From: Isurus oxyrinchus | Lineage: Eukaryota | Length of the DNA: 64,000 bases | Reading direction: 5' to 3' | Assembly: GCA_026770705.1 (NCBI GenBank) | Contig: JANJGN010000557.1 | Coordinates: forward strand, 124,001 to 188,000 | Part shown: positions 23,555 through 36,489 of the stretch, piece by piece | Position numbering within the stretch: position 1 is the first letter of the stretch | Layout: every line of letters begins with the position of its first letter | Notes under the pieces: model-generated | Database searches by the model: none | Seen by the model: the letters and a program-made list of their open reading frames with translations, nothing else | Told to the model about the DNA's origin: nothing | Program-made: the position numbers and the translations under genes

Positions 23555-26350
23555 TAGAGTCATAGATTCACAGGGTTCTACAGCACAGTAAAAGGCCCTT
23601 TGGCCCATCGAATCTGCGTCGGTCAAACAAGTACCTAATTATTCTAATCCCATTAATGCACTGGGCCCAAAGCCTTGTATGCGATGGCATCACAAGTGCA
23701 CATCCAAATACTTCTTAAATGTTATGAGGGTTTCTGCCTCTCCCACCCTTTCAGGCAGTGAGTTCCAGATTCAATCTATGCAACATCCTGGTAAATCTCC
23801 TCTGCACCGTCTCTAGGGCAATCACATCCTTCCTATAATGTGGGTTCCAGAACTGCACGCAATATTCTAGCTGTGGCCTAACCAGTGTTCTATACAGTTC
23901 CAGCATAACCTCCCTGCTCTTATATTCTATCTCTCGGCTAATAAAGGCAAGTATTCCATATGCCTTCTTAACCACCTTATCCACCTGTCCCACAACTTTA
24001 AGGGAACGGTGGACATGCACACCAAGGTCCCTCTGATCCTTGTTACTTTCCAGGGTCCTACCATTCATTGTCTATTCCTGTGCCTTGTTTATCCTGCCCA
24101 AGTGCATCACCTCACACTTATCCAGGTTAAATTCCCTTTGGCACTGATCAGCCCATCTGACCAGCCCCTCTATATCCCCCTGAAATCTAAGGCTATCCTC
24201 CTCATTATTTACCACCCCATCAATTTCCATATCATCCGCGAACTCACTGATCAACCTTCCTACATTCAAGTTTAGACCGTTTATATATACCACAAACAGC
24301 AAGGGACCCAACACCGATCCCTGTGGAACCCCACTGGACACAGGCATCCAGTCACAAAAACACCCCTCGACCATCACCCTCTACTTCCTGGCACTCAGCC
24401 AATTCTTGATCCAATTTGCCAAATTCCCGGATCCCATGGGCTCTTACTTTCGTTTACAGTCTCCCATGCGGGACCTTATCAAAAGCCTTGCTGAAGTCCA
24501 AGTTGACTATGTCAAATTCATTGCCCTCATCTACACAATTGGTCACCTCTTCAAAAAATTCAATCAAACTGGTCAGACATGACCTCCCCTTAACAAAACC
24601 ATGCTGACTGTCCTTGATTAATCCCTGCCTCTCCAAGTGTAGATTAATTCTGTCCCTCAGAATTGCTTCCAATAGTTTCCCCACCACTGAGGTTAGATTG
24701 ACTGGCCTGTTGTTCCCTGGTTTATCCCTTCCTCGCTTCTTGAATAACGGTACCACATTGGCTGTCCTCCAGTCCTCTGGTACCTCTCCTCTGGCCAGAG
24801 ATGTATTGAAAATTATTGCCAGCACCCCTGCTATCTCCTCCTTTGCCTCACTCAACAGCCTGAGATACATTTCATCCGGGCCTGCAGATATATCTACGTT
24901 TGAGACTGCCAGACCACTTAGAACCTCGTTCATTTCTATTCTAATTTCTTTAACTATATCACAGTCCTTCTGCCTGATTTCCAAACCCTCATTGCCCCTC
25001 TCACTTGTGAACACTGACACAAAGTGTTCATTTAGAATCCTACCTACGTCTTCCGGCTCCACACACAAACTACCAATATGGTCCTTAATGGGCCTTAATC
25101 TTTCCCTAGTTATCCTCTTACTCTTAATGTACTTGTAAAATAACTTTGGATTTTCCTTCATTTTTCCTGCTAATGTTTCTTCATGCCCCCTTTTTCCTCT
25201 ACTAATTTTCTTTTTAAGGTCCCCCCTACACATTCTGTACTCTTCTAAGGCTTCCACTGTTTTGAGCCCTCGGTATCTGCCATAAGCCTCCCTTTTTCTC
25301 TTTATCCAATCCTGTAAATCTCTCGACATCCAGGATTCCCTGGATTTGTTGGTCCCACCCTTTGCCTTTACTGGAATATGTTGGCCCTGTACTCTCCCCA
25401 CTTCCTTCCTGAATGAGTCCCATTGCTCTGACGCAGATTTCCCTAAAGGTAGCTGCTCCCAGTTCCACTCTGGCCAAATCATATTTGATCTTATTAAAAT
25501 CAGCCTTTCCCCAATTGAGAACTCAGATTTCTGGCCCATCCTTGTTCTTTTCCATAACAACCTAGAATCTAATGGAATGATGATCACTATCTGCACAATG
25601 CTCCCCCACTGATACGTCTACCACTTGCCTGGTTACATTCCTTAAAATTTACTCCAGGACCGACCCCTCTCTTGTAGGATCTTCTATGTACTGGCTTAAA
25701 AATCTCTCCTGGATGCATTTTAACAATTCTGCCCCCTCTAAAACTATCACACTATGACTAACCCAGTTATTGTTGGGGAAGGTGAAAAGCCCCACCATTA
25801 CAACCCGATTATTTTTATACTTCTCTGAATGTTGCCTTTGTATCTGCAATTCTATTTCTCTGAGTGTCATTGGGCCTGTAGAACACTCTCAGCAAGCTGA
25901 TTGCTCCTTATTTGCTTTTAGGTTCTACCCATATGGCTTCATTTGAGGAGCCCCCTAAGGTGTCTTCCCTCCTCACTGCAATAACTGATTCCTTGATCAA
26001 TCTTGCAATACCCCCTCCTCTTTTACCTCCTTCCCTGTCTTGCCAGAAGACCCTGTATCCTGTAATATTGAGCTGCCAATCCTGCCCCTCTCTCAACCAT
26101 GTCTCTGTGACAGCAATGACATCATACATCCATGTGTTATTTGTGACCTCAACTCATCTGCTTTATTCGTCAAGACTCCTTGCATTAAAATAAATACAAT
26201 CCAACTTTGCCACGCTATCTTGTGCCTTAACTGGCCAATAATTTCTCTGCCTTCCAGGTTCACTTGCTCTCTCTTCTAATTTTGGCTGTGCATCTCCCTC
26301 TGCTGAACCTCCTCTCGGGATCCCATCCCCTGCCATGTTAGTTTAAAACC
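23555..26350 (-). mobile_element. CR1 LINE, near-complete degraded ORF2 (AP endonuclease + RT)
   Basis: YDVIAVTETWL, VPEDWRTANVVPLFKK, SQHGFVKGRSCLTSL, LDFSKAFDKVPH, SGVPQGSVLGPLLF, FADD; frameshifted. Confidence 0.95.
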
Positions 26351-28816
26351 TCCCCAGTTGCATCAAGGGCAAAATGCCAATTGAAACCAGGGAGAACATC
26401 CAAGAATGACAATCCCACAGATCACTGTGAGCATTTAAAGACACCTCCAGACAAGGTTACTACCACAAGATCTGGGCGTAAGTGCAGATTACCTCTACTC
26501 TTTAGAGACTCAAATATTCAACAAATCTATACTGTTATCTAATTGTCAATAAAATTGAAAATGATACCAGAAACCTCTTGTTCCCTGTCCTTCTCAAAGA
26601 TCCATCCCTGCAGCTGGAGCCTTAAGAGTTATTGATGTGGGGCTTAATTTATCAGATTGTCGAATGATCGGGAACAAAAGGAAGCCATTTGGCTCATCGA
26701 GCCTGTGCTGGGCCTTTGAAATATCTGTCCAATTAGTCCCACTCTCACCTCTGCTCTCTCCTCCACAGCCCTGCAAAATGTCCTCTTCAAGTATTTATCC
26801 AGTTCCCCTTCTGAAAGTTCCTGTTGAATCTGCTTCCACCGCCCTTTCAGGCAGTGAGTCAATGGTCTCTCTCTGAGCTGCAAAGTGCTAATGTTCTGTG
26901 AAATTTAAACTCTGCAGCAGGTCAGAGACAATTATGATAACTCAGAATATTTGACAGTTCTACACACAGACAGCTTTGCCTCCCTTGTCTCTTTCAGTTA
27001 TCTTGCTCCCTTATTGAAGTATCTAGCATTGTGAGAATGGACAGGAAGAGTGACACTGAACAGCCTGTCTATTCTAGGAGCTGCTGTGTTGTCTTCATGG
27101 GAAATTCTGACTAAAATCAGCAAAAGACACGAAGTTTCAGGCCATTGTTATCCGAGTCCTAACATCAGGATAGACCTCATCCCCCAGTTTTTATCCCTGA
27201 TTTTCTATTCAGCCGATCGCTGCCCTGTCACTCACTGACCTACACTAACTCTCAGTCCAGCAATGACTCAAATTTCAAATTCTCATCATTGATTTCTTAC
27301 CCCACCATCCCCCCTCTACACTCTCTATCACTGTAACCTCCTCCAACCCTAAAAACCTCTGAGATCTCTGCTCTCCTCCAATTCTGCTGTCAGACAGGGA
27401 GCCAGTGTGTATCAGTAAGCACAGAGGTGATGGGTGAATGGGACTTGGTGTGAGTTTGTACACTGGCTCACTGGCTCAATCGGGCAGGATTGAGATGGAC
27501 TCCCCCACGGACTAACACCCCCCGCTTAATAAACAGTTCCAATCTTTACCCAGAGAGAGGGGAGAATGTGGAACTCGCTCCCACAGGGAGTGGTTGAGGT
27601 GAACAGTATCGATGTATTTAAGGGGCAGGAGGGTCGGTAACCAGAGGGACACAGATTGACGAACTGGAGGGGGAGATGAGGAGAATTTGTTTTGACAGAG
27701 CGAGTTGTTGTGATCTGGAAGGTGCTGCCTGAAAGGGAGGTGGAAGCAGATCCAATAAGAACTTTCAAAAGGGAAATTGGATAAACACTTGAAGGAGGAA
27801 GATGGGGGCAAAGTGGAGTGGTGGTTAGTGGATCTGATGGGATAGAACTTTGAAAGACCTGGCACAGTCTCAATGGGCTGAATGGCCTCCTCCTGTGCTG
27901 TATCATTCTCCGCTTCCATGATCTCTCCCCCAGTCAGTAACCACTCCAGATCCCTCTTGAAGGTGACAGAGAAACAGCAACCACCACACCCACTGACAGC
28001 ACATTCCCGAGGATCCCTACTCTCTGGGAAAAGATGAACTCCCCAACATCCAGCCTATTCCTGCTTCCCAGAGAGTGTAAACCCTTCAGGGAGGCACTGA
28101 GGAAGTTTTCAATAAAATGACATCAAATCTACCGTTTGAGAAATAATTGAATTCCGATGAACTCACAGCTTGTGTAGCAAACTGGGAAGTAGAGTTGCTG
28201 GGAAAGCTGGGAAACACAAGGATTAAGGGCTACAATGCCACCACTGGTGGGTGGCTGTAACTACACCGTGACGTTTACATAGGCAGTCATCATTACAAAC
28301 AGGGGCATTGCACATAATGGGAATTATGTGCACGGAAATAGTGAGAACACTATGTAAGCTTTTCATCAGCAGGAATTCCCTTCCTAAACCTCTCCAACTC
28401 TCTCTTACTCTCAGATACACAAAGAAAATCACACAGAATCAGATAAGGAAGAGTTGGGTTGGTGATTCGTCAAAGGGTTAGGTTTCAGGAAGCTTCTTAA
28501 AGGGAGAGAGAGAGTTGGAGATGCAGAGAGTATCTGTGAGTGTCTCTATGCATCTGAGTGTCTGTAATAGTAATTTCCATATTCTTCCATAAATATGAAT
28601 GGGAACACAAATCCCAGAATTCAGGCCAACTCTCCAGTGCAGTACTGAGGGAGGTCAGGTAACCCATGAGGGAGTGAGTGTTAGTGTTTGTGTGTGAGTG
28701 TGTCTTTGTGTGTGTTCATATATGTGTGTCTGCACGTGTCTATTTAGGTGTGTATGTTCGATGGTGTTTGTGTCGTGTTCGAATCTGAGAGAGATGTTGA
28801 AGTCTGTGTAACTCAC

Positions 28817-28969
28817 GTTCCACAGTGATGGTTATGAACCCATCCACTGCTCCATGTTCATTCTCTGCCACACACTGATAGTCTCCAGTGTCCCTGGATG
28901 TAACATGAGGAATCACCAATCACAGCTAATTTTTGGAACTTGTTCTGTTCATTTGGACATTCAGATGTC
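28817..28969 (-). pseudogene. S2 dead third Ig exon (3' half only, two in-frame stops)
   Basis: Homologous to the 3' half of intact exon 50998-51279; acceptor and 5' half replaced by about 190 bp of foreign sequence; reads SSKN*L*LVIP. Confidence 0.85.
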
Positions 28970-29292
28970 ATGGCAGGAATCAAGAAGCCCGTTCACAGGA
29001 TTACCAACAGAAAGTGAACAACAATTTATACTTAATGGGAAGAGAGTGCTGATTGGTTGGCAAGTGGTCTCTGATAGGTGGAGGTGTTGCCATGGAGAAT
29101 GGTGTGTGCGAGATGTAAAGTTTAGACAGCTTGTCTCTTCATTCAGCAATAATCATATAAAGATCAATTAACTTCTATCGACTTTGAAGCACTTAGAGAG
29201 GCCTTAGAATGTGGATACTGAGAATGGGCTGCACTGTCAGAGGGTCTGCGCTGAGGGAGTGCTGATGTAGCATGAAAGGTGTATGTAATTAC

Positions 29293-29589
29293 CTTGCACA
29301 GTTAGTACGAGGGTCCGCTCCGATGAAACAGATGGATATCTCACTCTGCAGCTGAGATTGTGTCCGTGGTGTTTGAGTGATGGGATCAGGGTCAGAACAG
29401 AAGTATAGGTCAGAGTGACACCATGCTGAGTTACAGTGTTTGAGACTGATCCAGGTACGTCAGTGGGAGTGTCCCAGGTTAAGACAGGTGCTGCTGTTCC
29501 ATTGCACGTTGTGTTGAAGGTGCAGCTTACATCCACACGCTTTCCTGCAATAATTTCAGCAGGGAATATCGTGGGTTTATCTGTGAAAT
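29293..29589 (-). CDS. S2 C-set Ig exon
   Basis: 297 bp open, phase 1-1, donor GTAATT. Confidence 0.88.
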
Positions 29590-29934
29590 CTAACAAACAG
29601 AGAATGGATCCTTTTAGAGAAATATAACGTGAAGCATCAGTTCAAATAGAAACCACAGTCCCACAAGAGAAAGCACTTTTACAAGGATGATATCAGAACT
29701 GAGAGGTTACAATGATCAGGAAAGATTTTCTTGCTCTTTGGCAGTAGTGTTTCTGTCTCTCAGCTTAATACACGTTCACTCCGAGACATGTGAATTGAGA
29801 ACACTGGATGAGAGAAGAGGCTCAGACCAGAGATTGGAGTTAAAAGCAGAATACTGTGGATGCTGGAAATCTGAAACAAAAACAAAAATTGCTGGAAAGA
29901 CTCAGCAGGTCTGACAGTATCAGTGGAGAGGAAG

Positions 29935-29975
29935 ACAGGGTTAACGTTTCGAGTCCGTATGACTCTTCATCAGAC
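29935..29975 (-). ncRNA. Minimal hammerhead-ribozyme-like motif in a Penelope-type repeat fragment (S2 V-C intron)
   Basis: Minus strand CTGATGA-A-GAGTC-ATACG-GACTC-GAAA-CGTTA; paralog at about 39280-39314 has GAAA changed to AAAA. Confidence 0.4.
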
Positions 29976-30448
29976 CAGAGGTTTGAGTTCACTGGCTTCT
30001 CATTTCCTCAGTGATCTGGGTGATTTATTACATTGTGGTTTGTTGGATCTTGCTGTGCACAAACTGCCTGCTGTGTTTAACATCTGTGACTACAATTCAG
30101 GAATAATTTCATTGGCTGTGAAGGGATTTGGATCCTCCTGAGGTGGTAAATTGCGCTGCAGAAATGCACATCTTTCTTTTATCGATACGTCAGACTTTTA
30201 AACAGGACAGGAGAGATTGATGGGAGTGGATAACCTGATAATACAGTTAATGCTTTTCATCATTGATATTAAAGTGAGTATTAGAGGTTGCTTTAGGACT
30301 GAACTGGAAGCCATCACCAGGTTATTGAGAATCAGACAATGTGTTAAAATAAGTTGTGTTTTGTGTTAATATGTAAACGTCACAGTTTGTGTTATTTCCC
30401 ATTGAGTGTTGAATGTGAATTGTTGAGTAATTATAACACAGCACTTAC

Positions 30449-30817
30449 CAGAAACGTGAAGCTGGGTTACAGGGTAATAGTTATGGCTCGGACCATTGTC
30501 AAATTCTATTCTGAAAAAATAAGGTCCTGCATCTTCCCGTGTGATGTTGTTTATAATCAGGGAACAGTCGCCATCTTTCAGGTCTCCAGACAGCCGGGTC
30601 CGATGGCGGAACCGTGGTAACTCGTGACTGTGATCCTTGGAGTGAAAGGCAATGGGAGCCCAGGGAATCTGTGTCTCATTATTAAACCAGAGTCCACCTC
30701 GTGGTTGATTTTCCAAATGTGCTGGATAACTGTAATGACATGGAATCTGTACACACGAACCTTCCTGCGCTGTCACCTCTCGTGGAGTGTCACCTTTCCA
30801 CTCTTGTGACAGTCCAA
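30449..30817 (-). CDS. S2 V-set exon, intact, essential Arg present
   Basis: 369 bp open, AG/GT bounded, phase 1-1. Confidence 0.9.
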
Positions 30818-31677
30818 CTGGGGAGAGAAATATCAAATATTTAACTCTGGATGGTTTGTAGATCCACTAGACTCGATATCCACTCCCTCCATCACTGGGG
30901 CACAGTGGCTGCAGTGTGGACCATCTACAGGACACACATGGAACTCCCCAAGGTTTCATAATGGATGGAAGAGAATCCTGGACACAGGAGTGGACAACTT
31001 CATTCTACATTGGCTCATGGTCCTCAGGACACTGTTTAGTGAAGCCAGTCTTCCACCCAACACAGTGTCTACAAGACACACAGGGAAACTGTGTAAACAT
31101 CTCATCTCTCTAAACTGACTGGTTTGTCTTCGGTTTAACTTTCAGTTATTTTACTTCCTTATTAGGTTGCTATGGTGAAACTGTGCAGGAAGTGTGAGGG
31201 CTGGACTCTCTGTCTATTCTCACTGCAGCTGTGATGTAGTCGTGGTGATTTGCAGTAAAATGAAACCCTCTGATCTCCTACATCCCGAGGTTTAGGGAGT
31301 GAATTCCAGAGCTCAGGCCCCAGGCAGCTGAAGGCCCGGCCGCCAGTATTGGAGTGATGGGAATCGAGGGATGGTCAAGAGGCCAGAATTGGAGTAACAC
31401 AGAGATCTGGGACGTTGGTTGGGAGAGTTGCAGGAGGTTACAGAGATAAGGAGGCAGTGTGAGGCAATGGATGCATTTGAACAAAGAGATGTGAATTTTA
31501 AGTTTGAGATGTTGTAGGACCAGGAGTCAGATAGTTTAGGGGTGATGGGTGAATGGGACTTGGTGTGAGGTTGTACACTGCCTCACTGCTGAATCAGTTC
31601 CCAATCACAGCTCAATAAGAATGATCTTTTACAAAGACTATTCACCATAAATCTGTCCGAGCTGACAATGATATTAC

Positions 31678-31717
31678 CTTGGAGAAGTGACAGGAGGAAG
31701 TAAGATTTCCCGATCAT
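31678..31717 (-). CDS. S2 leader exon MIGKSYFLLSLLQ
   Basis: 40 bp; joins V to give signal peptide MIGKSYFLLSLLQVGLS followed by QEW. Confidence 0.85.
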
Positions 31718-32134
31718 TGTCCACTCCCAGATATTTCCTCAGCTTCTAACTCTGAAGTTCTGAAAGAGAAAGGAGTTAATGAGACCTCACCTCTTGTCCA
31801 ACAGCTCTCGAGAGATCAGATCTGCTGTTAGACAATGTCTTCACAGAATAGTTTGATTCTCTGTGGGATGATAGGTGTTCTGCAGAGAGTTACAAGGCTT
31901 TAAGAAGGAAAAACAATGAAGGACTTGCATTTCCATAGCACCTTTCACCACCTCAGGATGTCCCAAAGCTCATGTCTCTGCACTTCCCTCATCCCTTGAG
32001 CTAGAAAGATGTTCTGTACGACAGACTTGAGTCTCACACCCAGATCTCAATAATCAGTAGAAATCTTTCAAAGGCGTCAAAGATTGGAATCTGTCTTTAT
32101 AAAGTCACAACATCAACAAAGGACGATGTTGGTG

Positions 32135-32310
32135 GTGGAAGTGAATTCCAATCGTTCCGTTACTTACCCAGGACCTGTCCGACTGCTCGCCTGGGGAGGA
32201 ACTGCCCACACGCTCTGCTTGGGCTGAATGACCTCTTCCTGTGCTGCTCCCTCTGTGTGTTTAATGAGAAAGGGTTGATGTGTCTCTGGGAGTCAAAATG
32301 GGGAAGTGGG
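32135..32310 (-). promoter_or_regulatory. S2 promoter and non-coding exon 1
   Basis: Donor GTAAGT at 32167; PU.1-like AAAATGGGGAAGTG at about 32295-32308. Confidence 0.55.
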
Positions 32311-32529
32311 TAATCAGTGAGAAGATCGAGGATGTTTTGTGCTCTCAGCAAAACGTTTACCATGTGTGATCTGTCAGCTCATATTTGGGCAGCTGTAGTC
32401 ATCAAGCTTCTCCATTGGCTCCGTGGGATTAGACCCCTCCCCCTCATCTCAGAGCTGAAGCGCAGGCGATAGACTTCCCAATACAGGTCTCTGGCCGTAT
32501 GATACATATTGACAATCCCTGATATCATT

Positions 32530-35003
32530 ACTGAAGGAGTGCTGCACTGTCAGGGGTATAGTACTGAGAGAGTGCTGCACTGTGTGAGGGTCAGTACTGA
32601 GTGAGTGCTGCACTATCAGAAGGTCAGTAATGTGGGATTGCTGCACTGTCAGAGGGCCAGTAGTGAAGGATTGCTGCAATGTCGGAGGGTCAGTACTGAG
32701 GGAGTGCTGCACTGTCAGAGGGACAGTTATGTGGGAGTGCTGCACTGTCAGAGGGTCAGTAATGTGGGAGTGCTGCACTGGAAGAGGGTCATTAATAAGG
32801 GAGTGCTTCACTGTCAGGAGTATAGTACTGAGGGAGTGCTGCACTGTGGGAAGGTCAGTACTGAGCGAGTGCTGCACTGTTAGTGGGGTCAGTACTGAGG
32901 GTCTGCTGCACTATCAGAGGGTCAGTAATGTGGGGGTGCTGCACTGTCAGAGGGCCAGTAGTGAAGGAATGCTGCAATGTTGGAGGATCAGTACTGAGGG
33001 AGTGCTGCACTGTCAGAAGGTCAGTAATGTGGGAGTGCTGCACTGTCAGAGGGACAGTAATGTGGGAGTGCTGCACTGTCAGAGGGTCAGTAATGAGGGA
33101 GTGCTGAACTGTCAGCGGGTCTGTACTGAGTGAGATTTGCACAGTCGGAGGGTCAGTATTGAGGGGGTGCCGGACTGTGGGAGGGTTAGTACTGAGGGAG
33201 AGCGGAGTGTGAGAATATATCCTTTCATGGCAAAGTTTAACTGGAATTTATTTAAACAGAGATTCTTGTACTCTGTGTTATTGCTAAAGAAAGGATATGA
33301 GGAACTAAGTCTTGTTCCCCTCAGCCTAAAAATAATTTTCACGGATTTCAATGATTTAGCATTGAAACCTCCCTATTTGGGCATCAGTCTTGATTTAAAC
33401 AACTCGCACAGCACTTCGGGAGAGTGACTACTGAGGGTGTGCTGCACTGTGGGAGGGTGAGTACTGAGGGAGTGCTGCATTGTGGGAGGGAGAGTACTGA
33501 GGGAGTGCTGCACTGTGGGAGGGTGAGTACTGATGGAGTGCTGCACTGTGGGAGGGTGAGTACTGAGGGAGTGCTGCACTGTGGGAGGGTGAGTACTGAG
33601 GGAGTGCTGCACTGTGGGAGGGTGAGTACTGAGGGTGTGCTGCACTGTGGGAGGGTGAGTACTGAGGGAGTGCTGCACTGTGGGAGGGTGAGTACTGAGG
33701 GAATGCTGCACTGTGGGAGGGTGAGTACTGAGGGAGTGCTGCACTGTGGGAGGGTGAGTACTGATGGAGTTCTGCACTGTGGGAGGGTGAGTACTGAGGG
33801 AGTGCTGCACTGTGGGAGGGTGAGTACTGATGGAGTTCTGCACTGTGGGAGGGTGAGTACTGAGGGAGTGCTGCACTGTGGGAGGGTCAGTACTGAGGGT
33901 GTGCTGCACTGTGGGAGGGTGAGTACTGAGGGAGTGCTGCACTGCGGGAGGGGGAGTACTGATGGAGTTCTGCACTGGGGGAGGGTGAGTACTGAGCGCA
34001 GGCTGCACTGGGGGAGGGTGAGTACTGAGGGAGTGCTGCACTGTGGGAGGGTGAGTACTGATGGAGTTCTGCACAGTGGGAGGGTGAGTACTGAGGGTGT
34101 GCTGCACTGTGGGAGGGTGAGTACTGAGGGAGTGCTGCACTGTGGGAGGGTGAGTACTGAGGGAGTGCTGCACTGTGGGAGGGTGAGTACTGAGGGTGTG
34201 CTGCACTGTGGGAGGGTGAGTACTGAGGGTGTGCTGCACTGTGGGAGGGGGAGTACTGAGGGAGTGCTGCACTGTGGCAGGGTGAGTACTGATGGAGTGC
34301 TGCACTTTGGGAGGGTGAGTACTGAGGATGTGCTGCACTGTGGGAGGGTGAGTACTGAGGGAGTGCTGCACTTTGGGAGGGTGAGTACTGATGGAGTGCT
34401 GCAATGTGGGAGGGTGAGGACTAAGGGTGTGCTGCACTGTGGGAGGGTGAGTACTGAGGGAGTGCTGCACTTTGGGAGGGTGAGTACTGATGGAGTGCTG
34501 CACTGTGGGAGGGTGAGTACTGAGGGTGTGCTGCACTGTGGGAGGGTGAGTACTGAGGGTGTGCTGCACTGTGGGAGGGTGAGTACTGAGGGAGTGCTGT
34601 ACTTTGGGAGGGTGAGTACTGAGGGAGTACTGCACTGTGGGAGGGAGAGTACTGAGGGAGTGCTGCACTGTGGGGGTGAGAATACTGAGGGACAGCTGCA
34701 TAGTGGGAGTTTGAATACTGAGGGAATGCTGCCCTGTCAGAGGGTCTGAACCGAGGGAGTGCTGAACTGTTGGAAAGTCATTAGTGATGGAGGGTTACAG
34801 TATCAGAGGGTCAATATTCAGGGAGTGTTGCACTGTCAGATTGTCAGCCATGAGGGAATCCTGCACGGTCAGAAGGTCAATGCTGACGGGGTGAAGCACT
34901 TGAAAAGGGTCAATAATGAGGTAGTGCAGCACTGTCAGAGAGACAGTAATGAGGGAGCGCTGCACTGACGGAGGGTCAGCACTGAGGAAACGCTGCACTG
35001 TCA
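32530..35003 (-). repeat. 33-bp minisatellite arrays between S3 and S2 (homogeneous variant core 33424-34750)
   Basis: Core unit GGGAGGGTGAGTACTGAGGGAGTGCTGCACTGT; degenerate flanks; non-repeat spacer about 33200-33420. Confidence 0.95.
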
Positions 35004-35719
35004 GTTCTGAGTGTGGTCTGCGCTGTCCTAAGTGCATTCTAGGCACTGCCCAAGATTCCGCCTGATGTCTGTGTAACAACAACATCATGTACACGTCAAG
35101 AATAATTCTCACTGTGTCTGTGCAGCAAGACAGCTTTGGAATGGCACCACCACTGACAGGAGTGTGCAACTACAATGTGACATGTTTACATTGGAAATTT
35201 CTATTATAAAGATGGGCACAGGAATTCATATGATAGAGAAAATGTGACAACAAGAAGCTCTGTCTTTGAGGCAAGAATTTGGCAGCAAAATAAGAATTTT
35301 AATCGATAAATATTTACAGAACAGGCTGAACATTTTAACCACTTGAGTAAATCAATGTAATTTTATTCATAACCCAAATGCTTCTTACAATCTATCGCAG
35401 CATGAAAAAGGTGCAGCATTCAGAAAGCACATTCCAATCAGAGAACAGAGTTTAGCAACGTCACATTTCTGTTCATTCCTATTCGACCATGTTGGCTGCA
35501 CACAGCCAGACAATGCCGTGGTTATGATGTGTCCACACAGCAGGACTGGGGAGCACCAGGTATAAGGAAAAGTTTCAGCTTGCTGAGGAGAAGAAGGAGA
35601 ATCTCTCGTTCCAGGTTTCTCTCCGTACATTAAGAAGCAGGCATGCCGATGTTTCATTGCACTCTGTCTGCTGATGGGAGTCCGCTTGGAAATTGCTGTT
35701 TGTGCTGATGGAAAGAATA

Positions 35720-36325
35720 AGCTTTTCATAAATCGAGGGATTGAGAACAAACACAGGGAGGTTATGCTGAACATTTATAAAGCTCTGGTTAGGTCACAAC
35801 TAGAGTATTGTGTCCAGTTCTGGTCTCCTCACTTTGGGAAGGAAGTGAGGGTCCTTGAGAGGGTGGGGAGGAGATTGAGCAGAATGGGTCCAGGGATGAG
35901 GGATTTTAGCTACAAGGTTGGGTTGGAGAAGCTGGGGTTGTTCTCCTTGGAGCAAAGGAGATTGAGGGGGGATCTGATCGAGGTGTACAAGATGATGATG
36001 GGTTTAGATAAGGCAGACAAAGAGAAGCTGTTGCCATTAGCTGATGGTACAAGGACTGGGGGACACAGATTGAAGGTTTTGGGCAGTGGGGGGATTTGAG
36101 GAGGAACTTTTTTACACAGCGAGTGGTAATGAGCTGGAACTCGCTGCCTACGAGGATGGTGGAAGCGGAGACGATGAACGATTTCAAAAGGAAATTGGAT
36201 GGACACTTGAGGGGAAATAAACTCGCATGGATACGGGGATAGAGCGGGGGAATGGGACTGACTGGATTGCTTTACAGAGAGACAGCATGGAGTCGATGGG
36301 CCAAATGCCGTCCTTCTGTTCCATG
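35720..36325 (+). mobile_element. 5'-truncated CR1 3' end (copies at about 48430-49030 and 61095-61360)
   Basis: YKALVRSQLEYCVQFWSPH...LGLFSLEQRRLRGDLIEVYK; co-duplicated with the gene units. Confidence 0.9.
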
Positions 36326-36349
36326 ATGAGATTGTTGCTGTACAAAGCT

Positions 36350-36489
36350 TTAAACAGTCTGTCGACGTCCTTTCACTGTTTGTCTCTCCCAGACACAGAC
36401 TCCAGCGATAATGATAACCACAGCCACAAGGAATATCACAGCTCGTATTCCCAGGATCAGGATCACGTGCAGAATCTCTCCTCCACTGT
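36350..36489 (-). CDS. S3 activating-type TM exon SGGEILHVILILGIRAVIFLVAVVIIIAGVCVWERQTVKGRRQTV*
   Basis: Acceptor gtgttctctag; phase-1 frame open to TAA at 36352-36350; Arg inside the TM. Confidence 0.8.

Larger units (their letters stand above)
27478..32310. repeat. Segmental duplication unit (S2), near-identical to about 36820-41640 (S3)
   Basis: Constant offset of about 9340 between matching ORFs and exons. Confidence 0.9.

Noticed and set aside
24454-25596. 380-aa ORF as an active retrotransposon or domesticated gene
   Set aside because: Flanked by frameshifts and stops, with an internal 3' deletion; ordinary decayed CR1
33373-34749. Long ORFs (about 200-440 aa) in the 33-bp arrays here and at 7946-8874, 41763-42821, 47239-47929, 57879-60440
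   Set aside because: The unit is a multiple of 3 and stop-free in several frames on both strands; no splice context; artefacts of a minisatellite
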